NCBI GenBank assembly: GCA_050084985.1
Contig: JBITNC010000002.1
Location: forward strand, 30,008,001-30,072,000
Length of the DNA stretch: 64,000 nucleotides
Reading direction: 5' to 3'
Origin: Nageia nagi
Taxonomy: Eukaryota; Plantae; Pinophyta
Below are positions 25,002-38,907 of this stretch, piece after piece; within the stretch, counting starts at the first letter, position 1; each line of letters begins with the position of its first letter. Made by a program: the position numbers and the translations under genes. The notes under the pieces were generated by a model, which searched no databases, was not told the origin of the DNA, and saw only the letters and a program-made list of their open reading frames with translations.

Positions 25002-28000
25002 TGTTGTGCCTACACAACACCTCCAAATTTTTTTTGCATTTTTGAGGACCCTTATGTTATTGAAAAACAAGGCATGAAAATTGTCTAAGTCAAATGCATA
25101 AGTCTTAAAGCCAAACAAGGAGAAATGTGGCAAAATTTGCATATTCGGGTGAAAACAAGTCCAAAACAACCTTTTTCTCCTAGGCACATGTTTTTGAGGG
25201 AATGCTTTTGCACTCACCAAAAACGGTGCACCCAACTTCATATCGCACATATCATGGTCAACCCCTGCATTTTTATACTCAAAATTGCATTTTTCATGTC
25301 TAAATTGCTCCCATCATTGAAAACATAGCATTTCCTTCATTGCATATCATTCTGGTCATTTTCCAAGAAGTTTGGCAAGTTTTACACTTGGGTGCATGGA
25401 TTTTGTATAGTGAAAAAGCACCTTCTTGAAAATGTGCGCCCAAAGGAATGAAGTACTTCCAACACTTAGCATTTTTTGAAGTTTTTATGGAAAAAGGGTC
25501 TAAGCGCATGGATTTTGGTGAGTGCAAAAGCACTCACCCAAAATGGTGTGCCCACTTTTCATGTGTATAAAATTGGCTAAGTGTCAAAATTTTGGGACAT
25601 CCACTATGGGTTAGACAAGTGTGTTAGCATGCATTGGGCCTTCATTTGCACCTACCAACACGTGACATCTGTCCATATGGGAGCGCAAGCTATAAAAGGG
25701 GGATCAACTCCATTTTTTATGCATTTGGTCAAATTGTTTTGTGTTGTGTTGGGTTTTGCATGTGTTAAGCAAGAGGCACTACTTGAAATTGATGCACCCT
25801 ATCCTGAAAGTCATTTTTAAAAAACATTTTTCTGAAATTCACTCATCTTGCATTAATTAAAGTGCTATGAGAGTTGTGCGCATGTTTTTTTTAAGAAGTG
25901 AAAAAGCATTTACTCATTTTGGTGCGCTAGCCTCCAGGACATCCAGACCCAGCACCAAGTATTTTTCTCTAAGTATAGAATTTTTTAGCGCCTTGGCCCA
26001 AGCACATATTTTTCAGGTTGTGCAAAAGCACTCATCTTTTATAGTGCGCCCAGATTTTGGAAGGAATGCAAGTTGTAATGTTGTAAAGTGTTTTGACCCC
26101 AAGAGCAAGGATTTGGGGGAGTGCAAAATTACTCATTAAAAATGGTGCGTCCAAGATTCAAGGGGTTGGATTGAGAAAGAAATTTGGCTAAGTCATTGAG
26201 ATGCTAAAAGCTTTTCGCATGGATTGTGGGAGATGAAAAAGCATTTGTCCTTAAAGGTGCAGCCCCCATTTCAACACAAATATTGGACCTCATTTTGGGC
26301 CAACCAAAAGGTGACACATTGTAGGGTCCAAAGTTATAAATAGAAAGCCAACCCTTGCATTTTATCACTTCATTTCATTCTGTTCAAGGTTTCCAAGTCG
26401 CACCATTTCCAGGCTTTGCAAAAGGACTACCCAAAAACGGTGCACCCAGGATAAATAAGGGTTTTTGAAGACATCTAAATTATTGTGAGCCATTGTTTTG
26501 GTAAGAAAAGGGTAAGCATGATCAAGGAAGCCATTTTCTAAAAATTACTTCATTTTTTCTGCATGACCTCCCTTAGTTAACCTAGGTGCATGATTTCTAT
26601 ATAGTGCAAAAGGACTCATCCAAAACGATGCGCCCAAGTCCAAAGTAAGAAAACTGGCTAAGTATTCAAAATATCAGGTACATTTCATACCCCTTTGTCC
26701 ACTCATGCATGATAATTGGTAGGATTTGAGGTTTAAGGTTTTTGTGTAGTGAAAAGGGATATGTCCAAATTGGTGCACCCTAATGTAAATTGATGATTTA
26801 GCCGTTCAAAGCGAATTATATTTCTGCCCAAGCAAGGGTAAATTTGACTAAGTGATGTGTTCCCTTTGCAGGTATCTAGGCGCATGTTTTTTAGGCTATG
26901 AAAAAGCACCAATCTAAATTAGTGCGCCTGAGAAATTTTGATCCAAATTTGCCTAATTATTAAGGGCCAAGAGTGAAAACACTAGATAGACAGGTGGCAC
27001 CCATGCAGGGTGCCAACCATCCACACTTCATGCAACGTCTATAAAAGGGGGTTTTCAGTCCACTTATGTAGGACGTTCTAGGTGCTTTAGCTTGCATGTT
27101 TGGAAAGTTGCTGCTGCTCCAGGATGCCTCCAAGATACCCAACATCATTTGACTTTTTTGAGTGGTTTTGTCATAATTCAGACCTATTTCTTGTCCATCT
27201 ACCATATTTTCCTGAACACACGAATTCCAAGATGAGTTCCAGGATGAGGTCTACCCCTTCCAAGTCCAAGAAGCTTCAGAAGCAATTATATGAAAGACAT
27301 GTAACCGAAGATCACATGGAGAGGCTTCTTAGAGACAACCAAATTGAATTCTAGGAAAGAGAAAGACCAGATATTCTTGAAGCCAAATTTAAGGGGAGAT
27401 TCACATTTGTTGGAGACATCGACTGGAGAAACATTGATCCCATTCAAACTTTCGCATCCATTGTTGACATTAGTGAGATGAGATCATCCATTCCTGTGGG
27501 TAGTTCAATGCCACCATGATGCCTGTTGCTGTTGCTTTTCTTGACTTGTGCTATGAAGTGGCCAAGCAGTGCAAATTTGATAAGAGAATTCTTTTAGATA
27601 CTGAGGGAAATGTGATCATGGATTTCACTCTAGTGGGGATTGAATATGATTTTGGTTGGAGAAGATATGGAGATGAATAGAATAAAGCCCAATTTGTGGA
27701 GTTCCATGAAAACACTACCAAACTTGGTGACTATATAAGACACTAGCTGTGTAAGATGATTACCAAGGCATCCAAGGCTAAAGGTTAGTTAATGCTCGTA
27801 GAGAAGAGTTCATCCCTACAATATCTAAACTGATCACTCTACTATCTCGGGTCACAAGGTAGGAGAATGATACCAAGTATAGAAAGGAGTTCACTGGCTA
27901 CATTGCCACGATTAGCTTTAGGAGAGCTATACGATGGAGCAGAGTAATCAGTGATGCCCTGCGCCATCAGTTGGCTTATTTGGGTTCTTCTAGAAAATTT

Positions 28001-31000
28001 TACATGAATTCTTACTTGATATACTTGTTATTAAATGGTAAATCCATATCAAGGACACATGCAGATGAAAGGAAACTAGGAAAGCAAGGCACCCCAGTGT
28101 GGAACATTTACCCGAAGTGGTGGTATCATAACAAATTCAGACATTACTACATGAGAAACGATGAGTGGGAATATGCTATATACAAAGAGATTAAAGGAGA
28201 ATCGATAGTCAAGAGGATTTTTGATGCAACCATCCAAACAATCAGTGCACATGCAGGTTTCTGCTTGTAGTATGTTGATTATACCTAGATTAGGGTCTAT
28301 GGCTTCGAGGAGCAGCCCCTTCTCCTACCTAGATATGCCAGCGACAGGCTAGTCCTCATTGAGTTTGCCAAGCATTTATTGTTTTTGAAGGAGAGAGTGT
28401 GGAGAAAGAAAGATGCAACCTTCAACTTGCCTATCTCTATTGCAAGTTATGTTTTTCAAACTTGGGTTGTGGCCAATAGTATGCATAAAGATCTGCAACA
28501 ATATGTTTTGTACAAGAAGGCAACAGTCAGGAACTATGATCTTAGAGGTGTTATAGCTCATTTTATAACACTGCTTCCTCGAAGTCCATAATATTCAAGC
28601 ATAAATCTTTGGGGAATGTGGAGAAATATAGGAATGTGAGAGATGAGAAGAAGATCAAGGAGATAAATGCTCTTTTGAGCAAAAATAAGGCTCCTCTCAA
28701 GATAAAAAGCAGAACATCTCAAGGGCCTAAAATTGTGAAAGAAAGACCTTAAGAGGTCCCATTTAGGATCAGAACATCCCCTCCTATTAGCAATGCGCCT
28801 CCTCCAGTCAAGAAGTCCCCCTTGCTTACTCTTGGAAAAAGATGAGAAACCATTGGCCAACAGCCTCAATGGGTCACAACAAACGCATGGTGGAGGCTAA
28901 TGTAGCCAAGATAAGTCAACAGGTGGCTGATCTTAGGGAAGCAGGCTACAAGGGTGTCCCTTTGAGCATACTCGAACAAGCTTGCATTGATGATTCCCTT
29001 GTCAGAGAATCAACTCCACGGAGACCCTCACCCCTTCAAGGATGCAGAGAGAAGGTTTCCTTACAACCAAGTTCTAGTTCCTCCAGTTCCTCCTCCTCCT
29101 CTTTCTCAGATGAAGAAGTCTCCCAAGATGAAGAGAGCCATGGTGAGAAAGATGATGATGGAGAGGAGAGCTATGATGATGATGTTGAGTCTAACCTCCA
29201 TGATATTGAATACCTCATTCAAGAAGAGAATGTAGCCATAGGTGCTTCTGCGCTTGATGATACTGAAAATGATCCTATTTTCTGAGACACACGAGAGCTT
29301 TGTTAAAGGCCTCCCCCCTTTTTAGGATTTACATGGATTTCTACCTTTAGGACCTTAGGTCGTTCAAGCTTTAGTGGGTGTGGCTCAGGAGGTGTTGCCT
29401 TTCTAGTCAGCGACCAATTGTTGTCGAGGATCCGTACAGAGGGGATTGATACACATGCTTGATACATTTGGATCTCCCTAGCACAACCTCCACCACTTAG
29501 GAGGTTATTTGTTTCGGGATGTTACTTTCTGCTAGCAGCATCAAGCTACGCTATTCATGACACAAGAAAGCTCCCTTATCTTGACCTTTTCCTAGAGATC
29601 ACCAGATAATCCGCACAAGGGGAGATTATGTTGTTGGGAGACTTCAACGGTAGGATCGGGAACTTACAAACCTAGTACTTTGACAATATCGTTGATCCAT
29701 TACATATCCAGGCAATTGATTGCCAACCAATTTTCCATAGAGACTCCGTGGACTCCTTACCTCCCTCAGGCTATGGCAGATCTTTACTTGAGTTGGCCGA
29801 GTCACATGATCTTCTGATTCTCAATGGTATTGCTTGGTTTTCATAGTCCCACCACCCCACCTTGTTTCCCCATGTTGGCGGCTCCAACATTGTTGATTAC
29901 ATCCTCTCTAGTCCCCCTATTTGTTTTGCACATTCATGCCTTCCGTGTTGCCCCCTGCCTTCCGCTCGCAGACCATGCGCACCTCAGTTTCTCCTTATGG
30001 GACCACCTGTCATTGGTCCCTCCCACCGTTGCACCCACACCTAGAGCTCCTTGCATGATCATCATCTTTGATCGAGAGCATGACCCCCTCTACAATCGTA
30101 TCTTGCAGCAGAAACTCATTAGCTTACATTCCCTCACGTCGATTGAGGATCATACATTCTTTCTGATTGATGCTCTTCATTCAGCAGCTCTTGAGGCCTT
30201 TCCGCACGTCATTAAGCCCCCAGCTCGCTTTCGTCATCTTGGACATTGTTCGATGAACGGTTGGTTTGATTCCATTTGTAAAGAATCCCATGATCGCCTT
30301 CGTTGGTCCATGTCATTGGGCCCTAGTTCTCCCTCCACCTCTCTCCATCGTTCCTACCGCTGTCTCCTTAAGACTAAGAAACATCACTTCTTAGCCATAA
30401 GGAGATTAGAGGTCATTTCTTCCCTCCATTCCAACCCCAAGTCCTTTTGGCGCTCCTTCTTACCCAAAAAGCGCATCGCAAATTCCATTTCTCTTTAGGC
30501 CTAGAAGGAGTACGCTTCTCATCTTTACACTTTTGTCAACCCTAACCACCCCCCATCCGTTTCCCTTGACCGTTCACCTCAGATTTCGTCTCTCCCTCCC
30601 TCATCCATTCTGCCATGAAGAGACTTTCCTTCGGCAAAGCACCTGACATTGAAAACTTTCAAGCTGAATTCCTCAAGCATGCCATGCACACCATTCCTCC
30701 CGACCTCTCTAAGCTCTTCAATGATGTGATATGCTTAGAATTCCCTTCTTCCTGGACCTCCAATATCATTCATCCCATCTTCAAATCCGGTGATCCCAAC
30801 AATTTGAGCAATTACCGCACTATCATGATTGGTCATATCTTGGCCAAGTTATAACACGATCATAGGGGAGTACATTTCCTGGATGAATGATGTTAGAAGG
30901 TTACGCGCAACGGTTTAGGCAAGATTTTGTACATACCACCACACCACCAATCATATCTTCACTCTTAGGGCGATTATTGAGGAGGCTAGATTCTGAAAGT

Positions 31001-34000
31001 CTCCAGTCTTTTGTTGTTTTGTTGATTTTAGGAAGGCCTTTGATACTGTGCCTTGACATAGACTCATGGATCGATTGCGGATGTTGGGTGTTCCAAAGAC
31101 TAGACTAGTAGCCATTTTGACCCTATATGAGACTCTCACAAAGCGTGTTCACACTACAGATGGGTTCACAGATAGCATTCTTACTACGATTGGGGTGAAA
31201 CAAGGTTGTCCTCTTTCTTCGACGCTATTTGACCTTTACATTGATGAGCTAGAGTCGGTTATCCTTGAGACCATCGGCCCCTCTTCAGGTTGTCATCTTC
31301 ATGGTAGCCAAGTGTCCATCCTCCTCTTTGCTGATGACATTGTGTTGTTTTCCCACTTAGTTGAGGGTCTCCAGAGCTTGATAGATGCTTTGTATACCTT
31401 CAGTGTTAGGAGGGAGCTTATGGTGAATTTTAGCAAGACTAAGGTAGTGGCTTTCAATGTTTCGAAAGCCATGATGGATTAGGCCCAATTTACTTTTCAC
31501 GATAGTGTTATCGAGATGACCTCCTCCTACACATACCTGGGGGTTCACTTTTTTGGATGCAGGTTTTGCATGCGAACTGCAGCATCACCTAGAGTCCATC
31601 AAGGTTATGCAAAAGTATCCACCTTGGAGAGACAATGCATTCAACTTCACTTTCAGGATGTTCAATCCAAGTTAGGATTGTTCTAGGCCTTGGTCACACC
31701 CACAACCTTATGTGAGATTGAGATTTGGAGCTCCAACTTGAGAGTAGAGGAATAGACCTTGCTTGAGCGGACCTTGGTCACTTTCCTTTCTTGTTTCATT
31801 CAGAGTAAGTGGATAGTCCCACATCTCATCATTCTTGCAGAGTTCGATTGTCAACCCCTCTTGGTGTGGGCCCTTGCTTACATAGCCCTCTATCTTCGTC
31901 GCCTCTAGCATTTATCGACCCGTAAGGGGGATACAGATAAGCTTTCGGTTTGAGCTCTAGCCTCCTCGATTGATCTAGCTAGGTAGGGTTGTCGTCATTG
32001 TTGGTTTGTAGAGATTTCGGAGATGCTTCAGAGATTTGGTTTTTCTCCAGAGAGATTACCTATACTACCGAAGGACTCATTTAGGACCCCAACTGACTCT
32101 TTGACCACGATCTGAAAGATTGTATATAGGGCTTTCATTCAGACCACCTGAGTGTCTTCCCCACGGACGTTGACACCCAAGTTAGATCACTATGCATGAC
32201 ACTACCTTCAAATCGATAAAGGCTTGATCCTTCCGCCTAGGTACACCAATCTACATCTTCCTTTTTGCTTGAGGATGTTCCTCGGATAGTTTTGAGTCTA
32301 TTCTCACGAGCCGAGGATTGAGATAGACCACCACATAGACCGAGATTTACGAGTTTGCCGCCTTTGTTCTCTTGAGATTGAGTCCGAGGACCACTTCGCC
32401 TTTCAATGCTCTGTTTATTACAAAATTCGAGGTTGATATCATTGCCTCTTTCAAGACTCTAGTAGCTTGCTAGCCACATTTCTCCAGTACGCATACCAAC
32501 ATTGCTTGGCTCTCTATTTTCGAGAGACCTTCCTCTTTTGGAGATGCCTTCTCGAGCAAGCACAGCATCCGACCAAGGTCCAGCGCATCACATCATTCTT
32601 TCGAGCTTCCTCTCCTAAAGGAGCTCGCAAAGGAGATTGAGATGAGCCTACTCAGCCACTGCGATGGACCAGGAGACATATCCAGTGCACCTTGACCACA
32701 TCGTCGACATAATAGATCACATCTCTCTTGACCGTTGATAGTACCACAAACATATCTCGCATAGTTCATCAAGACCCCTCTTCTGTGCAGAGAGTACCAG
32801 CATACTCTCCCCCTGGAGAGGCCCAAGATGGCATCCCTTTGGTGGTTCTAGATGATGTCTCCCCTTCCTTATAGGGTTGGAACCTCCATGTGATTGTATT
32901 CGTTTATGCCATTTTATATGCTTTTAGGTTTGTCTTTCTCTAGTTGCTACCCATCTTGGGCTTTGTTGGCATCATGAGCATGATTGTACTTGACAATCCC
33001 ATTGACCGCTTTTGGTCATCTGTGGACGTTAATATACTTTCTTTCTCTTTTGGTCATCTGTGGACGTTAATATACTTTCTTTCTTTCTCCAGATGATGAT
33101 TTGCTTTTAGATGTAGAAAATTGTGATGAAGATGTCTAGATCGTTGGAGTAAAGTGCGCTAAGGAGGTGGGCACTTTTTAGAATCCTATAGACCATAGAA
33201 AGAAGTCTCCTCCATCTTCCCAAAAGACCTCAACCAAGAAGACTAGCCATGAGAGATCTCCTCAGCCTTGCAGAAAATTTTTATCATCAAGAGGAGGTGG
33301 TGGAGACGAGCAAGATGAAGGAGAAACAAAGGAACAAACGAAGAGGAAGCAGGACGAGCACCAAGGTAAAGAAGTTTCTCTCATTCAAACTACTCCAATG
33401 AAGGAAATCAACAAAAAATGAACAAAAGTATGGTGCTGGTGCAAAGGCTCCCTCCAGAACAAGCCATTGAATATCCTGAGCTTGACTTGGATGCTTGCCT
33501 ATGAGCTTTGAGCATAAGCATGACTCATGATGAGGATATTGATCCATATTTGAGGTCCGAAGATGAAGAAGAGCTCTCCGATGGTGAGAAGGTAAGAAGA
33601 GTAGATACTCATGTTTTTACAAATAGAAAGGAGATCTCTATCAGCCATTGTCACTACAAGGAGAAGCATCCTAAGGGACCTAAAGATTGTTTGATAGAAA
33701 CTTTCATGATACCCGCCAAAGTGGGCCTATTAGCAAGGAAACACATTATCACCCAAAATGCAATAGTAATGAAGCAAGAAGGTTATGAGGCCAAACAAGA
33801 AGTCAGGAGCCTGAAGAAGGAACTCACTACCGGTAGGAAGATAATAAATGAGCTCCAGACTGTAAGTACAATTCCTATTGAGCTTAAAAAGCAAGATTCA
33901 TTTCATGAAGGTTGGGAATTGATGATGGATTCCCTAAAGGAGATGATGGAGACCATTGAGAAGCTTGCTTCTCAAATTTATGGCCTTATCGAGGAAGGGG

Positions 34001-34417
34001 TTGGGCTAAGATAATTGAAAAATCAAATATACTCCCTTCTTGAACAGATGGATGGCCATCTCCCTACTGTTACAAACCAACAATGTATATTTGCTGATAA
34101 GTTCAAGAAGTTAGTCTATTGCCATGAGTTCATGTACTAGCACGATTGGTTGAAGCATGCTTTGGACAAGTGCTAAGCGGTGCTTAAGGCCATGGTACCC
34201 CTGAGAAAGGAAGTGAAAGAGCAAATGTCCGAATATTTGTACCAGTTGAAATTCTAGTGGGAATATGGTAGTGTGCGAAAAAAGTAAGCAATCTTGGCAA
34301 AGGTGCAGAATTTGATTTAGGAGCATCTTGAGGTTGAAGACCTCAATCTTCTAAAAGTAGGCAAGCCTATTCATCACGAGAAGCAGATGGTTATCTGAAG
34401 ATTTCAGATGCAAGCTA
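25002..34417 (+). mobile_element. Giant-LTR Gypsy-type family, copy A: repetitive U3 followed by a long decayed ORF (27232 to about 34417), split by a LINE and cut off by copy B
   Basis: Starts TGTTGTG. Co-linear with the minus-strand copy at 55966-62475 in both the repeat array and the ORF (MSSRMR.., FYMNSYLIYLLL, EQPLLLPRYASDRL, RSEDEEELSDGEKV). Confidence 0.8.
29283..33088 (+). mobile_element. 5'-truncated LINE (APE-RT-CCHC), RTEX/RTE-like
   Basis: GGVAFLV, LLGDFNGRIG, IVDYIL (APE endonuclease). NYRTIMI, FVDFRKAFD, GVKQGCPLS, LFADD (RT). C..C....E.EDHF...C..Y zinc finger. 3' tandem 38-bp repeat with (tttc) tail. The host-element ORF resumes in register after 33088. Confidence 0.9.
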
Positions 34418-36256
34418 TGTTGTGACTTGCACAACATGCCCTAAAATCTTGTGATTTTGGGGACCCACAACAACTTTTGTCCACATAATGTTATGTCTGT
34501 GTCATGCCTCACTTAGCGATGCTAGGGAAAGCCCAAAATTGCGAAGAAAATGACTAATTTTGGAAACTAGAAGTTAGGGGACCCAAGTAAAGTTTGAGCC
34601 AGAGCAGGGCGAAGAGTGAGCTATAGCAAGCTTGGTACACATCTCCAAAAGACAAGATTGTCTTTCTACGACATGCACCCAAGTCTAGGAGCTGCCTAGG
34701 TTGAGACGGAGAACCAAGGAAGCAAATCAAGACATTTTGGGGCCAAGCACATGCCTCCAAAAGACAAGTTTTTGTCTTTTTTTGGCATGCACCCAACTAG
34801 GAAGTGGAGCATATCGAATTGTTGAGGTGAAGAGGCCAATTTGGCTCTCCTAGGGACCTTGTGCATGGTTCAAAAATAATTTTTTTTGTCATTTCAGAGT
34901 GTGTGTCCAGATCAGGAGCCCGCCCAAGACAAGGTCGAGGTGGAAGAATCAAAATTCGAACACCCTGGGGCCGAGCGCACCTCTCAATAAGATAAGATTG
35001 TCTTTCTACAGTGTGCACCCAGGGTAGAAGGTCGTCCATGTCGAGCTTAAGGAAAAATTTGATTAAGGCATGAACTTTCACACTTAACATTCGATGCAAA
35101 CTAGTCCAGTAGTGCAAGCGCATGCTCTCATAAGACAATTTTGACTTTTTGTGGCATGCACCTGACTAAGGGAGAGTCCAGGTCGAGGAAATTTGGCTAA
35201 GTTCAACACACTAATGCTCGTGAATAGGTTAAACAAAGCAAAAGGAGGCCAACACATGCCAAAAAAGACAATTTTTTGACTTTTGGGGGCATGTGCCCTG
35301 AACAAGGTGACTTGGAGGGCTAGCACATGTCTCCAAAAGATAATTTTGTCTTTCCGGGGTATGCACCTAGCCTGTGATAGTGAAGTAGAGTCACTCGCCC
35401 AATATCAGTCCACAAATAGAGCAACAATCACAATTTGAGATTGGATTCTTGAAGAGCATCATGGTCTGAAAGGGAATGCCCTCAACAATGCTCTATGCAC
35501 CAACTTCTACCTCGTCGTGGAGAGGATGATACTGATGTTGCCTAGATTGCTTGGAAAGGAAGATGCCAACAAGTTCAGAAAGGAGTTCTTTGGCTTCAAC
35601 GTAGAGATGGGGAAAGGAAGGAAAATCAAGTGGAGCAAGGTGGTGATTGACACTCTTGCTGAACAACTGTCATCAATGGGCACCTGTAGGGAATTCTACG
35701 TGAATTCCTACCTGGTGTACTTGCTACTTCATGACAAATATAGACCAACAGCTCTATACGAAGATGAATTCCGTAGACCACTATGATCTGGAGCACAAGA
35801 TTCAAAGCTTCTATATGAAAGAACGGAAGAGGGCTTATGAGCATAAGCTGCCTAGAGATGAGGAGTTGATTAGGAATGTGAATAGTGAGGTGGAAATGAG
35901 GAAGATCTTGCCCAATTGCAAGAAGTGGCCAAGAAGTAGCAGAAGACAGTGGAGGCCATGATAGATAAGAGGTTGTCATCCTCCAAGGAGAAGAGACAAG
36001 AAGAGTCCACATCCTGAGTCACACAGTACCCCTTGGCGAATGAAGAATCTATCGAGTAGTACGCTTCTATGGATGGGAGAAACTCGGTGGAGATAATGGT
36101 AGAACAAGTGAGAGAAATGATAGATGAGCATGATGTTCGGGAGTTGGAGGACATGGCAAATAGACAGGAGTGAGGTGTGTGAGGAACAAAGAAGAAGACC
36201 CATCACCTCCACAACGACCTCCTAGGGAGTCAAACCAATGACCCGTTGTAGTTGTT

Positions 36257-37149
36257 TGTGACATCCCCCTTGTACAATTATAATTAATTATAGAATTCAA
36301 TGAATTCCCCTTTGTATTATATTTTATTATTTAATTGTTATTAGGTTAAGACTTGGGATAGGAGACTTAATGGGTCAATGGATCCCACTGTGAGCCCCAA
36401 GTGGGATGTCTCCCTCTCAAGTATATATTAGGTGTTTTAATGTACTTGTAGATCTCGATACATGACTCCTAGACCCACGTTAGGCATGCGTGGCATTCGA
36501 GACCCCCATGTTGGCATTAATTACTCTTGGGTTCCTACATTGGGCATCTTGGGCCTCCAGGAGGCTAACGTTGGATTATGGGAGCCAAGTGATGACTCCT
36601 ATGTGCAATCCAGATCCAGTGATGTGTCATAAAAGGCATTGGAGCCTCATAGTTGGATATACTTGATTATTATTATCTTTGATACCATCTAGAGGACAAG
36701 AAACTTAGCGCATCTCTAAGCAAATGCCTAGCTGCAACATCTAGTAGGATTAGCAGGCTGAGGGATCCTGTTAGTCTACGGCTTTGATGTAGCATCCTAG
36801 CCCATCAGTTGTGCCCTAGTTGGTTCCTTGGAGGTCAACGTCTAGCCTTGGGGGCTTAGTATGTATTTTTGCTCATTGCTTATCATTTATACGGCCATTG
36901 GGTATTGGATCACCATATTTGTCTTGTGTATGCTTTACTGTTGTAGTGTTGTGGTTTGATTATTCATTCATGCATGTATAAGCTAGACGTTGGCATTGTG
37001 AGCTTATATTAATTGATCTTTGCTAGTCTTGGCCAGATGTTGGCAATCTTGTGTTGTTTATGCTTAATTTGGATGCCTTAGTTCATACGTTGAGGTTTAC
37101 TTGTGTGTTTTGAGCATTTTACATTTGATTTTGTAATTGGATCTTTACA
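36257..37149 (+). mobile_element. Solo LTR (same family as 58297-59491)
   Basis: TGTGAC...TTACA ends, TSD ttgtt/ttgtt. Shares cccactgtgagccccaagtggga with the 58-59 kb LTR. Confidence 0.88.
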
Positions 37150-37534
37150 TTGTTCCACCATCGGGTTCCTTGAACTCTAATGCGATGTATAAAGTATCAC
37201 AAGAGGATTAGGAGGATGACCAAGAGGAGGATGATGAACAAGGAGAGAGCCAAGCTTGCCCCACTCATATTCAAGATGCTGAAGGGGAAGAGTCAGTGCA
37301 GTTTTTAGGGATAGGACATAAGCCCACTCTGTCAAATCCTTCTACATCTCAAAGAAGAGGAAAGAGCCCAGTTTTCGACTCAGTTCTCAACTTCTTAGAA
37401 GATTACAACTCGTGAACTCCACGGTCACAACCTTCAGGAGGTGGAGACCAAGAGAACATCATTAAGGAGGTGAGGTCACCCAAAATACAGAGGATGAATC
37501 TCAAAGCCATGCACGAGCCTATTGTGGAGACCCT

Positions 37535-38907
37535 TGTGATGAGCCGTTCTAGGGCTCACTCCTCAAATGTGCCCTAGGAGAGGGACGTTTGGCTTCTAGC
37601 TTTGAAATTGCTCCAAACAAGCTCAATCATGTACAAAATATCCAACGACTTGCTAGGAAAGGAAAATATGATTTCGAACTTGCAAAAATACCTCCAAAAC
37701 CCAACGTCTAGCTATGATGAGCAAATACAAAAATAACACAAGAAAATGTCTCTAGTATTCTTTCGACTCAATCAGAGAGCAAAAACAAGAAGTAAACAAT
37801 GCAAACACCACTCCAGATCCAACGTCCAAGCATAGGAAGACAAATAGTAAGATATTGATATCAAAATGTAATTGTATTGATAAGACAATGGGGAGAGTGC
37901 AATTACAATATTTTTCTCTACCTAAGGAGCTTATACCAAGACTACCTGCAATAGGGTTATGTCGGATGGCTCTAGGGCCTCACCAATCCCCAAAGTAGTG
38001 AGGCACAAACCAGGTCTCCTCTACATCAACTGTGATGGAACCAACAACGTTCCTCTCAAGATGGCTAGAGTAAGTTCGAGGGTAGCCTTCCTCTCACCTC
38101 AGTACCTCAAATGCAGGTTGCCCTACAAGTGGTAAAGAAAGAGTTCTCACACTCAATTCGGAAAAGGGGTCCAATATCAAAATCAACATATTTCATAATG
38201 ACTATGATCGTCTTCTAATCTTGCATTGAGATGATCCAATGGTGGAGAGATGTGATTTGTGTGCTCATGTATGCAATGTCTAATACGAGGAGCCTTGGGA
38301 TGGATGAAATCACATCTAAGGGATAGGAATGCCAATGTCTAAGAGGGGGTGATGCTGGAGTGCCTCGTGATCAGTGCCATAGCTCCAAGTGCCAAGGAGG
38401 GCCAATGTGGAGTCTTGGGATGCTCATGTGCCCAACGTCCATGCTTGGGAGCCGTCCACTTGCCTTGAGATTGTTAACACCTAGTTTGAAGTGCCACGTG
38501 TAACCTTGGAGCTCCAAATGACCTCGTATTCGGTGCAATCACCTAGGGGGATGTTCTACCTCGAAGAGGGGAGTACTAATGACTAGAGATATAATAAATG
38601 CCAAAATTACATTCGTCAAGAATAAAACATGCAACGCCTCTTTTAAGGAGACTAATATAGCATTTACAAATATAATTGCCTTGCTATTACAAATACGTCA
38701 TTATTGGCGTTTAGTAAATAATTAAATACAAAATAAATAAATAAAAGGGCCATTTATTCCATAATTAGAGCTTTTTGCCAAGTCTCTAAATGGAATTTAC
38801 ATCATTTTGGCTAATTTCTACCAAATTATACAAGATCACACTTAAATTAATGTTCCCATTTATCAGAGGTGAAATGGGGAAAACACCTAAAAAATGGGAA
38901 CATTACA
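37535..38907 (-). mobile_element. Solo LTR
   Basis: TGTGAT...CATTACA ends. Imperfect TSD accct/accta. Confidence 0.7.

Noticed and set aside
25020-27200. CRISPR-like repeat-spacer array
   Set aside because: The repeats are degenerate, irregularly spaced and part of an LTR. The context is eukaryotic with no cas genes.
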